Part shown: piece after piece, positions 1 through 11,342 of the stretch
Position numbering within the stretch: position 1 is the first letter of the stretch
Layout: the number at the start of each line of letters is the position of its first letter
Source: an uncultured Alphaproteobacteria bacterium
GTDB taxonomy: Bacteria; Pseudomonadota; Alphaproteobacteria; RF32; CAG-239
Assembly (NCBI GenBank): GCA_944391345.1
Contig: CALXTE010000008.1
Location: 2,374 to 66,373 of the forward strand
DNA: 64,000 nucleotides
Direction of reading: 5' to 3'
Position numbers and translations under genes: made by a program
The notes under the pieces: model-generated
Databases searched by the model: none
What the model saw: only the letters and a program-made list of their open reading frames with translations
Told to the model about the DNA's origin: nothing

Positions 1-66
1 CATGGATTATCGATAATTTCTTGGGCATGGTGTTTGATTCTCCATGCAAAAAAATTATTATGCGTT

Positions 67-118
67 AAAAGCAAAGGCTTAATTTCTTATTTGTCTGAAA
101 TTAAGCCTTTGCTTTTTT
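67..118. terminator. Long hairpin, probable bidirectional intrinsic terminator
   Basis: aaaagcaaaggcttaatttc-N10-gaaattaagcctttgctttt: 20-bp perfect arms with A and T tails. Confidence 0.7.
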
Positions 119-1189
119 GTTTTGTCGATTCTATTTGAAAAATGTTCAAAAACAAAGGGTTATATTAATTTTTGCTATTGAAGCTCCAAAGACGCCGGCA
201 GTTGAATTAATTGCTAATAAGTATCGTGAACATTATAAATCTGAACTTGTTAATGGGATTATTGACAGAGCGGATGAAATTGTAAAACTTCCGTATAAGC
301 AAATGTTTTTCAACCAGCTTAAGAGAGATAGTGCAAATTGCATAAATATGTAACGCAGCAAAAAGCGAATAATTTTTATCAAGTTTTAGATGATACTATA
401 AAGTATTATCAACAAGTTGGAAAAATGGAAAGGACAATACGAGAATATAATAAAGATAATGAAACATATCTTCATGGTAATTTAGATTTTGATTTGGTAG
501 ATGCCGGAATAGAGAGTAAAAGAGATGCAAAACGCTGTTTAGATATATGGGTAGCTTCAAATGAACGTCCTGATGCATATGGTTCACCGTACAATGAATA
601 CAGTATAAAAGAAATTGCGGCTATATCTAAAAGTAAGGTTATGCAAGATTGGATGTATCCGGTAATGATGGATGCAATTGAAAAGGGCGGCTTAACCTTA
701 TCTGAAGGACGTATGCCGAGCGAAAGAACCTTATTTGATTGCTGCAAAGCATGGAAAATTAATCCTGCAATGCCTCAAAGATTAGCTAAATTTGTCGGAA
801 CTCATAGCTTACGAGGAAGAATGCTTGCTGGCTCAATCTTCGCAATGATGAGTAAGGAAGGAAATACTACGGAACAAGAATGGCGAGATAATAAAAATTT
901 GCATGAAAAATTTTATGAAGAATTATCTCGGGCTGAAAAGATGTCTATAACAAAAGCTTTTAAACAATATCTTCCGAATTCGGCTATTAATCGTAAGCGT
1001 TTTGTTGGTATGGCAATGGAAGAAAGAGGGATAGAAAATACTCCCGAAAACTTTAAGAAATTGTATGGAGAGTTACGTAAAGAAGGAATCTTTGATACAA
1101 TGCTTGCCAAGCCAACAAAGGAGAAAACAGAATTTTCATCACGGTTAATGGTTGAAGCGGCAAGAAGAAAATTTGATAAAAGTAAATAA
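117..1189 (+). pseudogene. Hypothetical protein, probably frameshifted (ORFs 117-353 and 338-1189)
   Basis: Two overlapping ORFs in different frames. The second has only a TTG start 9 nt after an in-frame TAG and no clear RBS. One extra A at gcaaattg (~335) would fuse them. No recognisable domain. Confidence 0.45.
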
Positions 1190-1241
1190 TGCTTTTAGAT
1201 AAGTGTTTTATATGCGATGAAGCACTTACTGTGTATAGAAC

Positions 1242-1274
1242 AAAAGCCTCGTTAAACGAGGCTTTTGTTTTTTT
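1242..1274. terminator. Bidirectional intrinsic terminator
   Basis: aaaagcctcg-ttaaa-cgaggctttt between convergent genes. Confidence 0.8.
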
Positions 1275-1278
1275 CTTC

Positions 1279-2304
1279 TTAAAGGGTTTTGCCGTATTTG
1301 ACCAGATTGGTGCGGACGTAGCCTCTTAATGAGGTTTCCGGTCTTGCGCCGTAGTGGCTGATGATTTCTGCCGCGGCGAGGCTGCCTATTATTGCGCAAG
1401 TGCCGATGCTGCGGCCGTTTATCAGTCCATACAAAAATCCGGCAGCGTATAAATCGCCGGCGCCGGTGGTGTCTACCACGTTTTCAACCGTTTCTGATTC
1501 GACAAAGGTTTTGACGCGGCCGCTGACAACAACCGAACCCTTGATATTGCGGGTGATGGCAGCAATGTCGACCATCGGCTTAATCAAGTCAAGGTTATGT
1601 TCAAAGTCGTCGCTTTCAAACAGCGAATTTAATTCGTCTTCGTTGCCGAACAAAATATCTACGTGGTTTTTAATTAAATCCAAAAATTCTTCACGGTGGC
1701 GTTCAACGCAGGACTTGTCGGACAAGCTGAACACAAAGTCGCGATTATTGGCATGGGCAATTTCTGCGGCCTTCAAAATCGCTTCTTTGGCGCTTTCTTC
1801 TTCCCACAAATAGCCTTCAACATAAGTCATGCGCGCGCTTTTGATAATCTCTTCATCAATGTCTTCGAGGCTCAAATGAGTTGAAGCTCCAAGGTAGGTA
1901 AACATCGAACGTTCAGCATCAGGGGTGACCAAAACAATGCTGCGGCCGGTTGAGGGGCCTTGAGTCAACGGCTTGGTGAAAAAGTCTATGCCGGTGGCGC
2001 CGATGTCGCGGCTGAATGATTGCCCCAAAGCGTCATCATGAACCTTGCCGATGAAGGCGCAGGCCAGGCCTAAAGACGCCATGCCGGCTACGGTATTTGC
2101 CGCTGAACCGCCGGAAACCTCTCTTTGCGGAATAATGTCTTGATAAATTTTTCCGGCAGACAAAGCATCAAGCAAGACCATGCTGCCTTTGGGTAAATTT
2201 CTTTCGCTCAAAAAGCCGTCGCCGACCTTGGCCATCACATCAACAATGGCGTTTCCGATGCCGACAACATCATAATAAGTTGCATTTGCGCTTTTGGGAG
2301 TCAT
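1279..2304 (-). CDS. PfkB-family adenosine/carbohydrate kinase
   Basis: GIGNAIVD, GGSAANT and DTTGAGDLYAAGF PfkB signatures. Confidence 0.9.
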   Translation of the reverse strand: MTPKSANATYYDVVGIGNAIVDVMAKVGDGFLSERNLPKGSMVLLDALSAGKIYQDIIPQREVSGGSAANTVAGMASLGLACAFIGKVHDDALGQSFSRDIGATGIDFFTKPLTQGPSTGRSIVLVTPDAERSMFTYLGASTHLSLEDIDEEIIKSARMTYVEGYLWEEESAKEAILKAAEIAHANNRDFVFSLSDKSCVERHREEFLDLIKNHVDILFGNEDELNSLFESDDFEHNLDLIKPMVDIAAITRNIKGSVVVSGRVKTFVESETVENVVDTTGAGDLYAAGFLYGLINGRSIGTCAIIGSLAAAEIISHYGARPETSLRGYVRTNLVKYGKTL

Positions 2305-2415
2305 ATTATCCTCTTTTGTTATTTGTTTTCGCTTAGTCTTAATCTAATACAAAAAACTTTTTTTGCAATAAAAAAACCTTCGTTTGCACGAAGGTTTCTG
2401 TTGTTTTGCTAAAGA

Positions 2416-2655
2416 TTATTCGTTAGCATTCGGCCATTCTTTGGCTTTTTCGGCGTTGAATTTTACAAATTCGGGATCAGCTTCGTCTTCGGTGCTGATG
2501 GCGCCTTGCGGGCATTCAGAAATGCAAACACCGCATTCAATGCAGGTATCCGGATCAATAACCATTTGGCTGTCGCCTTCGTGGAAAGCATCAACCGGAC
2601 ATACAGAAACACAAGATCTGCATTTAATGCAGGAATCGTTAACAACAGAAGCCAT
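2416..2655 (-). CDS. 2x[4Fe-4S] ferredoxin
   Basis: CIKCRSCVSVCP and CIECGVCISECP motifs; ATG 2655 follows a GAGGAG RBS. Confidence 0.92.
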   Translation of the reverse strand: MASVVNDSCIKCRSCVSVCPVDAFHEGDSQMVIDPDTCIECGVCISECPQGAISTEDEADPEFVKFNAEKAKEWPNANE

Positions 2656-2744
2656 TTCTTTTCTCCTCATCTATTTGTTGGCATTCAATTCTTTCTTTCA
2701 ATTAAACCATATTGTTTTTAAAATCAAGTATTTTATTTTTGAGG

Positions 2745-2773
2745 GTTGCGTTTTGGCTTTTGGCTTCCCATAT
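2745..2773 (+). promoter_or_regulatory. Putative RpoH (sigma32) promoter of htpG
   Basis: GTTG-N18-CCCATAT resembles the alphaproteobacterial heat-shock promoter consensus. Confidence 0.55.
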
Positions 2774-2808
2774 ATATGTCAGATGAAAAATATGAAAAGG
2801 AGTGCATT

Positions 2809-4647
2809 ATGTCTGAAAAAATGGAGTTTAAGGCCGAAGTTAATAAAATGCTTGATATTGTGATTAACTCGCTTTATTCCGAAAAGCAAATCTTTTTGCG
2901 CGAGCTGATTTCTAATGCCAGCGATGCCTGTGATAAAATTAAATATATGGCGTTGATTAATCCGGATTTGGCGAAAGATGCCGCGGATTTGAAGATTAAA
3001 ATCGTGCCCGATGCCGAAAATAAAACCTTAAAAATTATTGACAACGGTATCGGTATGAACAAAGACGATTTGATTAATCACCTCGGGACAATCGCAAAGT
3101 CCGGTACCGCTGATTTTGTGAATAATGCTAAAGACAACGGCTCTTCGGTTGATTTGATCGGGCAATTTGGTGTGGGCTTTTATTCGGCCTTTATGGTTGC
3201 CGATAAGGTTGAAATTTTAACCCGTAAAGCCGGAGAAGAACAGGCCTGGTTCTGGACCTCAAACGGAATCGGCGGGTTTGAAATCTCTGAAGCCAAAAAA
3301 GCCGAAAGCGGTACCGAAATCAAGCTCTTTTTGAAAGAATCGGAAAAAGACTTTACCGACACGGTTTATTTGCGTCAGATTATTCGCCTTTATTCTGATC
3401 ATATCAGCTATCCGATTATTCTTGATTTGGGAAAAGCCGGTGAGGAAACGGTTAATACCGGTTCGGCCTTGTGGACACGCAATAAAGCCGAAATCACCAA
3501 AGAGCAGTATAACGAATTTTATCATCATGTTTCTAAAAATTTTGATGAGCCGTGGATGACGCTCCATTTCAAAGCCGAAGGAAATTTGGAATATACCGGC
3601 TTGTTGTTCATTCCCTCAACCCAGCCTTATGATTTGTTTCAGCCCGATCGCAAAAACGGTTTGAAACTCTATGTCAATAAGGTCTTTATCTCGGACAAAG
3701 TCGAAGAGCTGTTGCCGAATTATTTGCGCTTTGTTAAGGGAATAGTCGACAGTTCGGATTTGCCGCTTAATATTTCTCGTGAAATGTTACAACAAAATCC
3801 GATGGTTGCCAAAATCCGCAACGGTATTGTCAACCGCTTGTTAAAAGAGCTTAAAAAATGTAGCACCGATTATGATGATTATCTTAAATTCTGGACGGCT
3901 TTCGGTACCGCCTTTAAGGAAGGAATTTATGAAGACTTTACGAATCGGGAAGAAATTGCTTCTCTTTCTCGCTTTTATTCAACCGATAATCTTGAGAAAC
4001 TTACCTCTCTTGATGATTATATCTCACGGATGAAGCCCGAGCAAAAGGCTATTTATTATATTACCGGTGATGATGTGAAAGTTCTTGCCAACAACCCGCA
4101 ACTCGAAGCCTTTAAGGCTAAGGGAATCGAGGTCTTGCTCCTTATTGATCCGATTGATGAATTTTGGACACAGGTTTTGTTCAAATACAAAGACAAGGAT
4201 ATTAAGCATATTTCTCAGGCTGCCGATGACCTTAAAGTTGAACGCAAAGAAACCAAGGCCAAGGAAGAAGACCTTAATAAATTAATCGCGTTTATGGCCA
4301 AAGAGCTTGAAGGCGAAGTTGCCAAAGTTATCTCAACCGAAAAACTGACAACCAGTCCGGTAAGCTTGAGCGTTTTGGACGGGCAAATGAGCATTCACCT
4401 TGAACGCTTGATGCGTAATCATCAGCAACAAACCGCTTTTGCCAGCCAAAAGGTTTTGGAACTCAACCCCTATCATCCGTTAATCATTAAGCTTGCGGAA
4501 GCCGCCTCTGACCCCGCCAAAGAATCTACCCTCAAAGACATGACGATGGTTCTTTATGGCCAAGCGCTTATCGCCGAGGGTGAAGCGATTAAGAATCCGT
4601 CGGGGTATGCGGAGAGGGTGGCTTCTTATATGCTAAATTGCATATAA
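2809..4647 (+). CDS. htpG: Chaperone Hsp90
   Basis: FLRELISNASDA, IGQFGVGFYSAF and LPLNISRE motifs; AAGGAG RBS before ATG 2809. Confidence 0.98.
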   Translation: MSEKMEFKAEVNKMLDIVINSLYSEKQIFLRELISNASDACDKIKYMALINPDLAKDAADLKIKIVPDAENKTLKIIDNGIGMNKDDLINHLGTIAKSGTADFVNNAKDNGSSVDLIGQFGVGFYSAFMVADKVEILTRKAGEEQAWFWTSNGIGGFEISEAKKAESGTEIKLFLKESEKDFTDTVYLRQIIRLYSDHISYPIILDLGKAGEETVNTGSALWTRNKAEITKEQYNEFYHHVSKNFDEPWMTLHFKAEGNLEYTGLLFIPSTQPYDLFQPDRKNGLKLYVNKVFISDKVEELLPNYLRFVKGIVDSSDLPLNISREMLQQNPMVAKIRNGIVNRLLKELKKCSTDYDDYLKFWTAFGTAFKEGIYEDFTNREEIASLSRFYSTDNLEKLTSLDDYISRMKPEQKAIYYITGDDVKVLANNPQLEAFKAKGIEVLLLIDPIDEFWTQVLFKYKDKDIKHISQAADDLKVERKETKAKEEDLNKLIAFMAKELEGEVAKVISTEKLTTSPVSLSVLDGQMSIHLERLMRNHQQQTAFASQKVLELNPYHPLIIKLAEAASDPAKESTLKDMTMVLYGQALIAEGEAIKNPSGYAERVASYMLNCI

Positions 4648-4772
4648 AAAGGTTTGTATAATGGTCGATTAGTGTGTTGTCTGCGGGTCAAAAGTGTCCT
4701 CACGTACTGTTTGTGTACGCTGCGGTACTTTTGCCCTTGACGCCTACTACTCGACTCATTCTCCAAACTTTT
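4647..4772. repeat. RPE-like palindromic element, subtype A
   Basis: Imperfect ~125-bp hairpin with core cctcacgtac-N-gtacgctgcggt; near-identical copies at 5312-5435 and 13143-13267. Confidence 0.85.
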
Positions 4773-4774
4773 AC

Positions 4775-4902
4775 AAAACTCGTATAACAGCACATCTAGA
4801 GGCATTTTACGCTGTCTCGAAAAATTCACGTACTGTTTTTGTACGCTAAAATTTTTCTCGCAGCTAGAAATGCCTCTATCTGCACTATTCTCCGAGTTTT
4901 TT
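4775..4902. repeat. RPE-like palindromic element, subtype B
   Basis: aaaactcg...cgagtttt termini, agaggcattt/aaatgcctct arms, core tcacgtac-N-gtacgct. Confidence 0.8.
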
Positions 4903-4903
4903 G

Positions 4904-5028
4904 AAAAAACTCGCTCTGAGGTCGACTAATACAGAATTGTCGGATATTTTGCTCGGTCACGTACTATTTTGTACGCTCGCTCGCAAAATTCCTAAATTCT
5001 TATTATTCGACTCACATATCGAGTTTTT
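4904..5028. repeat. RPE-like palindromic element, subtype C
   Basis: aaaaactcg...cgagttttt termini, core tcacgtac-N-gtacgct; left arm recurs at 13270-13308. Confidence 0.8.
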
Positions 5029-5045
5029 GGAAAAGTTTGTATTTG

Positions 5046-5079
5046 AAAAAAAAGAGATTGTTTAACAATCTCTTTTTTT
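5046..5079. terminator. Bidirectional intrinsic terminator
   Basis: aaaaaaagagattg-tttaa-caatctcttttttt. Confidence 0.8.
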
Positions 5080-5081
5080 GT

Positions 5082-5452
5082 TTAAGAAGCTTTGATGAGT
5101 TCAAATTTTAGTTTATGATTATAAATGGCGGCGATGACGGCGACGCGTCTTAATCCGAAAGATTTTCCTTGTTCAACGTTTTTAATTCGGCGGCGTGATA
5201 ATCCACTTAGTTTGGAGATGTCATCAATGCTTAACTTATGTTCTTGTCGAAGTTCATATAACTTTTGTCCGACTTCGGCTCGGTTGTCTTCTAAATAAAT
5301 GATTTGTTTTTTAAATTGTGTATAATGGTCGATTAGTGCGTTGTCTGCGGGTCAAAAGTTTCCTCACGTACTAGTTTATACGCTGCGGTACTTTTGCCCT
5401 TGACGCCTACTACTCGACTCATTCTCCCCAATTTATCTTTTTTTATTCCCAT
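5082..5452 (-). pseudogene. XRE-family HTH gene disrupted by an RPE-like insertion (paralog of 13320-13562)
   Basis: Aligns with 13320-13562 on both sides of the 5312-5435 insert; the insert adds an in-frame TAA and shifts the frame. Confidence 0.88.
5312..5435. repeat. RPE-like palindromic element, subtype A, inserted in the HTH gene
   Basis: taaattg...caattta termini; absent from the paralogous gene at 13320-13562. Confidence 0.9.
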
Positions 5453-5482
5453 TTTCAGCTCCTTTTGTTTGAATTATAAAAT

Positions 5483-5509
5483 AAAACAAAGCCTGCCAAT
5501 AAGGCAGGC
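5483..5509 (-). terminator. Leader terminator/attenuator upstream of the HTH gene (copy 1)
   Basis: Minus strand GCCTGCC-TTATT-GGCAGGC-TTTGTTTT. Confidence 0.7.
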
Positions 5510-5569
5510 GGAGCTAAACAACTGTCGTAGTACAGTCACCGTTATTCAATATATTAGCGGTACTCCGCC
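5507..5569 (-). ncRNA. C4-antisense-like RNA (copy 1)
   Basis: Three-way junction: GGCGGAG/CTCCGCC closing stem, ACCG..CGGT hairpin, CTGT..ACAG hairpin. Loop TACTACGA and junction GTTGTTTAG are complementary to the upstream target. Confidence 0.7.
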
Positions 5570-5590
5570 CAATATAAGCGGAGGATTTAA

Positions 5591-5616
5591 TACCACGAAG
5601 GTGTTGTTTAGACACC
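5591..5616 (-). promoter_or_regulatory. c4-a1b1-like target hairpin (copy 1)
   Basis: GGTGT-CTAAACA-ACACC followed by TCGTGGTA, complementary to the RNA at 5507-5569. Confidence 0.65.
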
Positions 5617-5770
5617 GTCGGCTACCTCTAACCGGCAAGGAAATTATAAATTGCTTAAGTATAGTTTGCAAGGAAAAGTTTGTATAGCCGCATATCTTCT
5701 CAATTTTCTGATATTAGCATTTATTTAAATCTTTATTGTTAAACTTCGTGTTATAACTGCGGAGTTTGTT

Positions 5771-6445
5771 ATGATTTATATTGTGCTTGGTTTTTTATGG
5801 GGGCTATGTATTCCTTATTTATCACGTCGGTTTGGCAAGTTTATGCCGGCGTCGCCCGCTTTTGCGCTTTATAGTCTGTTTATGCTGCTGAAAAAAGTTT
5901 CTGCTCCGCAAAAGAACAAAGTCTATCTGTCTTTGCGGCGCACTTTGCGTTATCGGGCTTTTATGTATGGGCTGTTTTGTGCCGCAGTGACTTTTGCTTT
6001 GCTCTATGTTTATGGAGCGGAACATTTGCTATGGTATTTGGCTTTTGCTTGGTCAGCGCTCTTTTTATTTGAAATTGATGTGCGTTGGTTCGTTTTGCCG
6101 GATATTATCACTTTTCCTTTGCTGATTTTGGGATTTGGTTGTGCTTATTTTGCAGGTGTTCCCGTAACGGTAGAACAAGCCTTTTTCGGCGCGGTGGTCG
6201 GTTTTGTTTTGCCGGTGATTGCTTCTTTGCCTTTTGCCGCCAAATATCCTGATGCGCTGGGAGGCGGTGATGTTAAATTCTTATCCGTTGTCGGAGCTTG
6301 GCTCGGCGTGGAAAAAATGCTTTACACTATTGTGCTTTCGTGTATTTTATTTACAATATATGCAATCATTAAACGCCAGCGAGAAGGGGCTTATGGACCG
6401 GCGATTGCTTTGGCGGCTCTGATTATGCTGCTTTGGCGTTTTTAA
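5771..6445 (+). CDS. Prepilin peptidase (A24 family)
   Basis: Polytopic membrane protein with EIDVRWFVLPD, LGGGDVK and YGPAI motifs. Confidence 0.9.
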   Translation: MIYIVLGFLWGLCIPYLSRRFGKFMPASPAFALYSLFMLLKKVSAPQKNKVYLSLRRTLRYRAFMYGLFCAAVTFALLYVYGAEHLLWYLAFAWSALFLFEIDVRWFVLPDIITFPLLILGFGCAYFAGVPVTVEQAFFGAVVGFVLPVIASLPFAAKYPDALGGGDVKFLSVVGAWLGVEKMLYTIVLSCILFTIYAIIKRQREGAYGPAIALAALIMLLWRF

Positions 6446-6473
6446 GAACCATTTGAGGAAGGGAGCTTTACTA

Positions 6474-7208
6474 ATGTTGCTCGTTGAAAAAATTAAAAAC
6501 AGTCTGAAAAAAGACAAACGTCGCTTGAAAAAGCTGGTTACCGGCACGAATTTTGACATGATGATTATGTCGCTTATTCTTTTTAATGCCGTTATTCTCG
6601 GGCTTTTGACCAGTGAAAAATTGCAGGTTTACAGTCAGCTTTTGTTCTTGTTGGACAGATTGTGTTTGGCGATTTTTATTGCTGAAATGTTTATGAAAAT
6701 TTTTGCCTTCGGAAAAGATTTTTTCAAATCCGGTTGGAATGTGTTTGATTTGATTGTGGTGCTGGTCTCTGCTATTTCTGTTACCGGATATTTTGTGGCT
6801 TTGCGAACATTTCGTCTTTTCTTGATGTTGCGCTATTTTAATCGGTTTAATCGCTTAAAGCAACTATTGAGTGTTTTTGTCGGATTGTTGCCGAGCTTTG
6901 GGGCAATGTTATTGCTGTTTTTGGTTTTCTTTTATGTATCGGCAATTGTGGCGGTTAGCCTCTTTGGGCAGAAGTTTATTGATTTTGCAACGCTTGAAAA
7001 TTCGTTGTTTACGCTCTTGCAGCTCTTTACGCTTGATGGCTGGGTTGATGAAATTGCGCGGCCGTTGATGACGGTTTATCCTTCTTCTTGGATATTCTTT
7101 GTGGTCTTTTTGTTTGTTTCGTTTTTGCTGGTGGTCAGCTTTTTGGTCAGTGCCGTGGCTGAGCTTATGCGAAAAACAACGGGGCTGCTGCCTAAAATTA
7201 AGTTTTAG
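6474..7208 (+). CDS. Voltage-gated cation channel (BacNav/Cav-like ion transporter)
   Basis: Six TM helices, GWNVFD, S4 LRTFRLFLMLRY, pore LQLFTLDGWVD. Confidence 0.9.
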   Translation: MLLVEKIKNSLKKDKRRLKKLVTGTNFDMMIMSLILFNAVILGLLTSEKLQVYSQLLFLLDRLCLAIFIAEMFMKIFAFGKDFFKSGWNVFDLIVVLVSAISVTGYFVALRTFRLFLMLRYFNRFNRLKQLLSVFVGLLPSFGAMLLLFLVFFYVSAIVAVSLFGQKFIDFATLENSLFTLLQLFTLDGWVDEIARPLMTVYPSSWIFFVVFLFVSFLLVVSFLVSAVAELMRKTTGLLPKIKF

Positions 7209-7272
7209 CTCATTTTGCTTCCGCCGATTATGCCGTCGGCGGTTTTTTTTTGCAAAAAAAATTTATTTTGCT

Positions 7273-7301
7273 CTTGATTTGTGAGGTTTTGTTACCTAAG
7301 T
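7273..7301 (+). promoter_or_regulatory. Putative RpoH promoter of groESL
   Basis: CTTG-N18-CCTAAGT, same spacing as the site at htpG. Confidence 0.5.
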
Positions 7302-7348
7302 ATGCAGGTAGAACTATCAGTGTATTGTAATTAAGGAGTTGATTGAAT

Positions 7349-7639
7349 ATGAAAATTACACCTTTACATGACCGCGTATTGATTAAGCGCATTGAAGCTA
7401 ATACTAAAACCGCCGGCGGAATTATTATTCCAGACACCGCCAAAGAAAAACCGAGCGAAGGTTTGGTTGAGGCTGTCGGAAACGGTTTTCGCTCCGAGGA
7501 CGGAAAAATTATTCCGATGAGTGTTAAAGTCGGTGACAAAGTTTTGTTTGCAAAGTGGTCAGGAACGGAAGTTAAAGTTGACGGTGAAGAACGTCTTATC
7601 GTTAAAGAATCGGATATTCTTGCCGTTGTTAATGACTAA
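7349..7639 (+). CDS. groES: Co-chaperonin GroES
   Basis: [23 protein letters not shown]. Confidence 0.99.
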   Translation: MKITPLHDRVLIKRIEANTKTAGGIIIPDTAKEKPSEGLVEAVGNGFRSEDGKIIPMSVKVGDKVLFAKWSGTEVKVDGEERLIVKESDILAVVND

Positions 7640-7666
7640 GGTTTTGTTTTGTTCAATCTATCATAA

Positions 7667-9325
<1,659 letters not shown>

Positions 9326-9342
9326 GCCACGAGCTTAAAGAC

Positions 9343-9379
9343 AAAAAAAGACCTGCAATCAATTGCAGGTCTTTTTTTT
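9343..9379. terminator. Bidirectional intrinsic terminator
   Basis: aaaaaaagacctgcaat-ca-attgcaggtcttttttt. Confidence 0.85.
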
Positions 9380-9392
9380 ATAACAGTTTTTT

Positions 9393-9614
9393 TTAATCTT
9401 TGTGGCGGAAGGTGATGCGCCCTTTGGTTAAGTCATAAGGGGTCATCTCAATGTCTACCTTATCACCGACCATAACGCGAATTCTGAATTTGCGCATTTT
9501 CCCGGCGGTGTGAGCCAAAATCTCAACACCGTTTTCCAGACGAACGCGAAACATGGCGTTTGGCAGTTTTTCAATAACTTCACCTGTTAATTCAAGTAAC
9601 TCTTCTTTACTCAT
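9393..9614 (-). CDS. infA: Translation initiation factor IF-1
   Basis: [24 protein letters not shown]...[13 protein letters not shown]. Confidence 0.98.
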   Translation of the reverse strand: MSKEELLELTGEVIEKLPNAMFRVRLENGVEILAHTAGKMRKFRIRVMVGDKVDIEMTPYDLTKGRITFRHKD

Positions 9615-9780
9615 AAAAAAATCCTTTGTCTTTTCTGTATTTTTTTTCTTTATATAAACCATTATTTTTTTTTATGCAATTTTTTTTTGGAAAAAACTTT
9701 CTTTTTTTTGATATTAGCATTTATTTAACCAAGTTTTTTTATGATTTATACGATTTGTTTTTTAGAGGAAAGATTGTATT

Positions 9781-10008
9781 ATGCAAAAACAGAAGTGCCT
9801 TGAGTGTTCCGTTCGTCCCGAGATGGAAGAAGCTTTGCTTATGTGGAATGATAAAGATGTGGCTTTTATCAAATATGACAGCGAAGACGGAAAAAACTTG
9901 TGGTCTGTTTATGCTTTTGACGGAACAAAGCTTGCTTCTACCGACAATCGTGATTATGCTTTTATTGTGGCTAAGCAAAATAATCTGCAACCTCAGAGTG
10001 TGCACTAA
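9781..10008 (+). CDS. DUF1150-family small protein
   Basis: VAFIK, WSVYAFDGTKLA and terminal QSVH match this alphaproteobacterial family as I recall it. Confidence 0.75.
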   Translation: MQKQKCLECSVRPEMEEALLMWNDKDVAFIKYDSEDGKNLWSVYAFDGTKLASTDNRDYAFIVAKQNNLQPQSVH

Positions 10009-10117
10009 TCCTTTGTAATCCTTTTATTTTATAATTCTAAAGTATAGTCTGTTTTTTTTAGATTATGCCTTATATATACTTGCGTGTGTGCTGTTTTGGT
10101 TAGGTGGGAGTGTGTGT

Positions 10118-10345
10118 ATGTATAAAGGAATTGTAAAAGAATTTGATTTCAAAATGGGCTTTGGTTTTGTGACGGAAGAAAAAACCGCAGATGATATTTT
10201 TGTGCACATTACCGCCTTTGATAAGAAAAAAATCCGTTATTTGCGGGCGGGGACCAAGGTTGTTTTTGACATTGGCAATGATTGCGGCAAAAAAATGGTT
10301 AAAAATCTGCGGTTGGCTTCTCCCAGAAAAAGCCTAAGGCGTTAG
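10118..10345 (+). CDS. Cold-shock domain protein
   Basis: KGIVKEF, GFGFV (RNP1), DIFVH (RNP2). Confidence 0.9.
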   Translation: MYKGIVKEFDFKMGFGFVTEEKTADDIFVHITAFDKKKIRYLRAGTKVVFDIGNDCGKKMVKNLRLASPRKSLRR

Positions 10346-10346
10346 G

Positions 10347-10682
10347 TTAATCAACATAAAGAACTTGGTTGTCACCGCTTAAGCAGCGCTGGCTGACAAC
10401 GCCGGTTGATTTTGAAACAACGGCAAAGCATTGTTGATTTTGCGGAACATTGACGGTGTATAACGTTGTCGGGGTTGAGTTTGCGGTTGCGGCGCTGGCG
10501 ACAAAGCCGATTAAGCCTGAAGCGAGGGCGACAAAGGGCGTTTCAGCGTGATGGCGGTCGTGAATGATTATCGGCGCCGGACGGTGCGGGCGAGGCGGTA
10601 CGGGGTGGTGAAACGGTTTGGCTACCGCGGTTGAACTGATGACAGATAGTAACGCTAAGCAAAGCAAAAATTTTTTCATCAT
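10347..10682 (-). CDS. Hypothetical exported His/Pro-rich small protein
   Basis: Sec signal peptide ending AVA, HHPVPPRPHRP segment, RBS present. Confidence 0.75.
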   Translation of the reverse strand: MMKKFLLCLALLSVISSTAVAKPFHHPVPPRPHRPAPIIIHDRHHAETPFVALASGLIGFVASAATANSTPTTLYTVNVPQNQQCFAVVSKSTGVVSQRCLSGDNQVLYVD

Positions 10683-10757
10683 AAAACTCCTCTCTCTTGT
10701 TTTATCTATCCCCTATAACGAGAGAGGTGTTACGAAAGTTCAGAAAAATTTTATAGG

Positions 10758-11195
10758 TTAAATCTCTTTGACCATGCGGGCGAAGGTGATGCCACCTTCT
10801 TCAAATATATCGCATTCTTGGTGAAAGCCCAAGTCTTCATAAAAGCCGACGACTGAGAGCATGGCGTGCATCACAAGTCGGGTATAGCCGGCTTCTTTGG
10901 CTCGTTTAATTGCATAATTAACCAGCTCGTGGCCGACGCCTTGTCCTTGACATTCGGGAGCAACAGCGACTTGCATCATGCGGATTTCTTCATTATCAAT
11001 CGGAACCAGAATTAAACCGCCGAGAAGCTTGTCATCGAGTTGTTCAATGCAACCAATATGCAGATATTCGGCTTCTTTGGGGCGGTATTTATCTAAAAAT
11101 TTCAGCCCCAGAGGTTCAAGCAAAACTTTATAACGCAAGTTGACCAGTTCATCATAACGTGATGAGCCGAAATCTATATCTAACATTTTCCGCAT
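10758..11195 (-). CDS. GNAT N-acetyltransferase
   Basis: QVAVAPECQGQGVG acetyl-CoA motif, GFYEDLGF. Confidence 0.9.
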   Translation of the reverse strand: MRKMLDIDFGSSRYDELVNLRYKVLLEPLGLKFLDKYRPKEAEYLHIGCIEQLDDKLLGGLILVPIDNEEIRMMQVAVAPECQGQGVGHELVNYAIKRAKEAGYTRLVMHAMLSVVGFYEDLGFHQECDIFEEGGITFARMVKEI

Positions 11196-11342
11196 GAGAG
11201 CCTCCCCCTAAAAAGCCGCAACGATTATAATACCTATTTATAGCACAAAAATAAGGCGGCGACAATATATTTGTATTGCCTTATGTAAAAAATTCATATA
11301 AATATAGGGAAAACATAGAAATATAAGGATAATAAAAAAGAA

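Noticed and set aside
4647-5028. Tandem ~127-bp units as a CRISPR-like array
   Set aside because: Each unit is one long hairpin with no repeat-spacer structure, and copies occur singly elsewhere
7210-7348. CIRCE element before groES
   Set aside because: No TTAGCACTC-N9-GAGTGCTAA present; only an RpoH-like promoter
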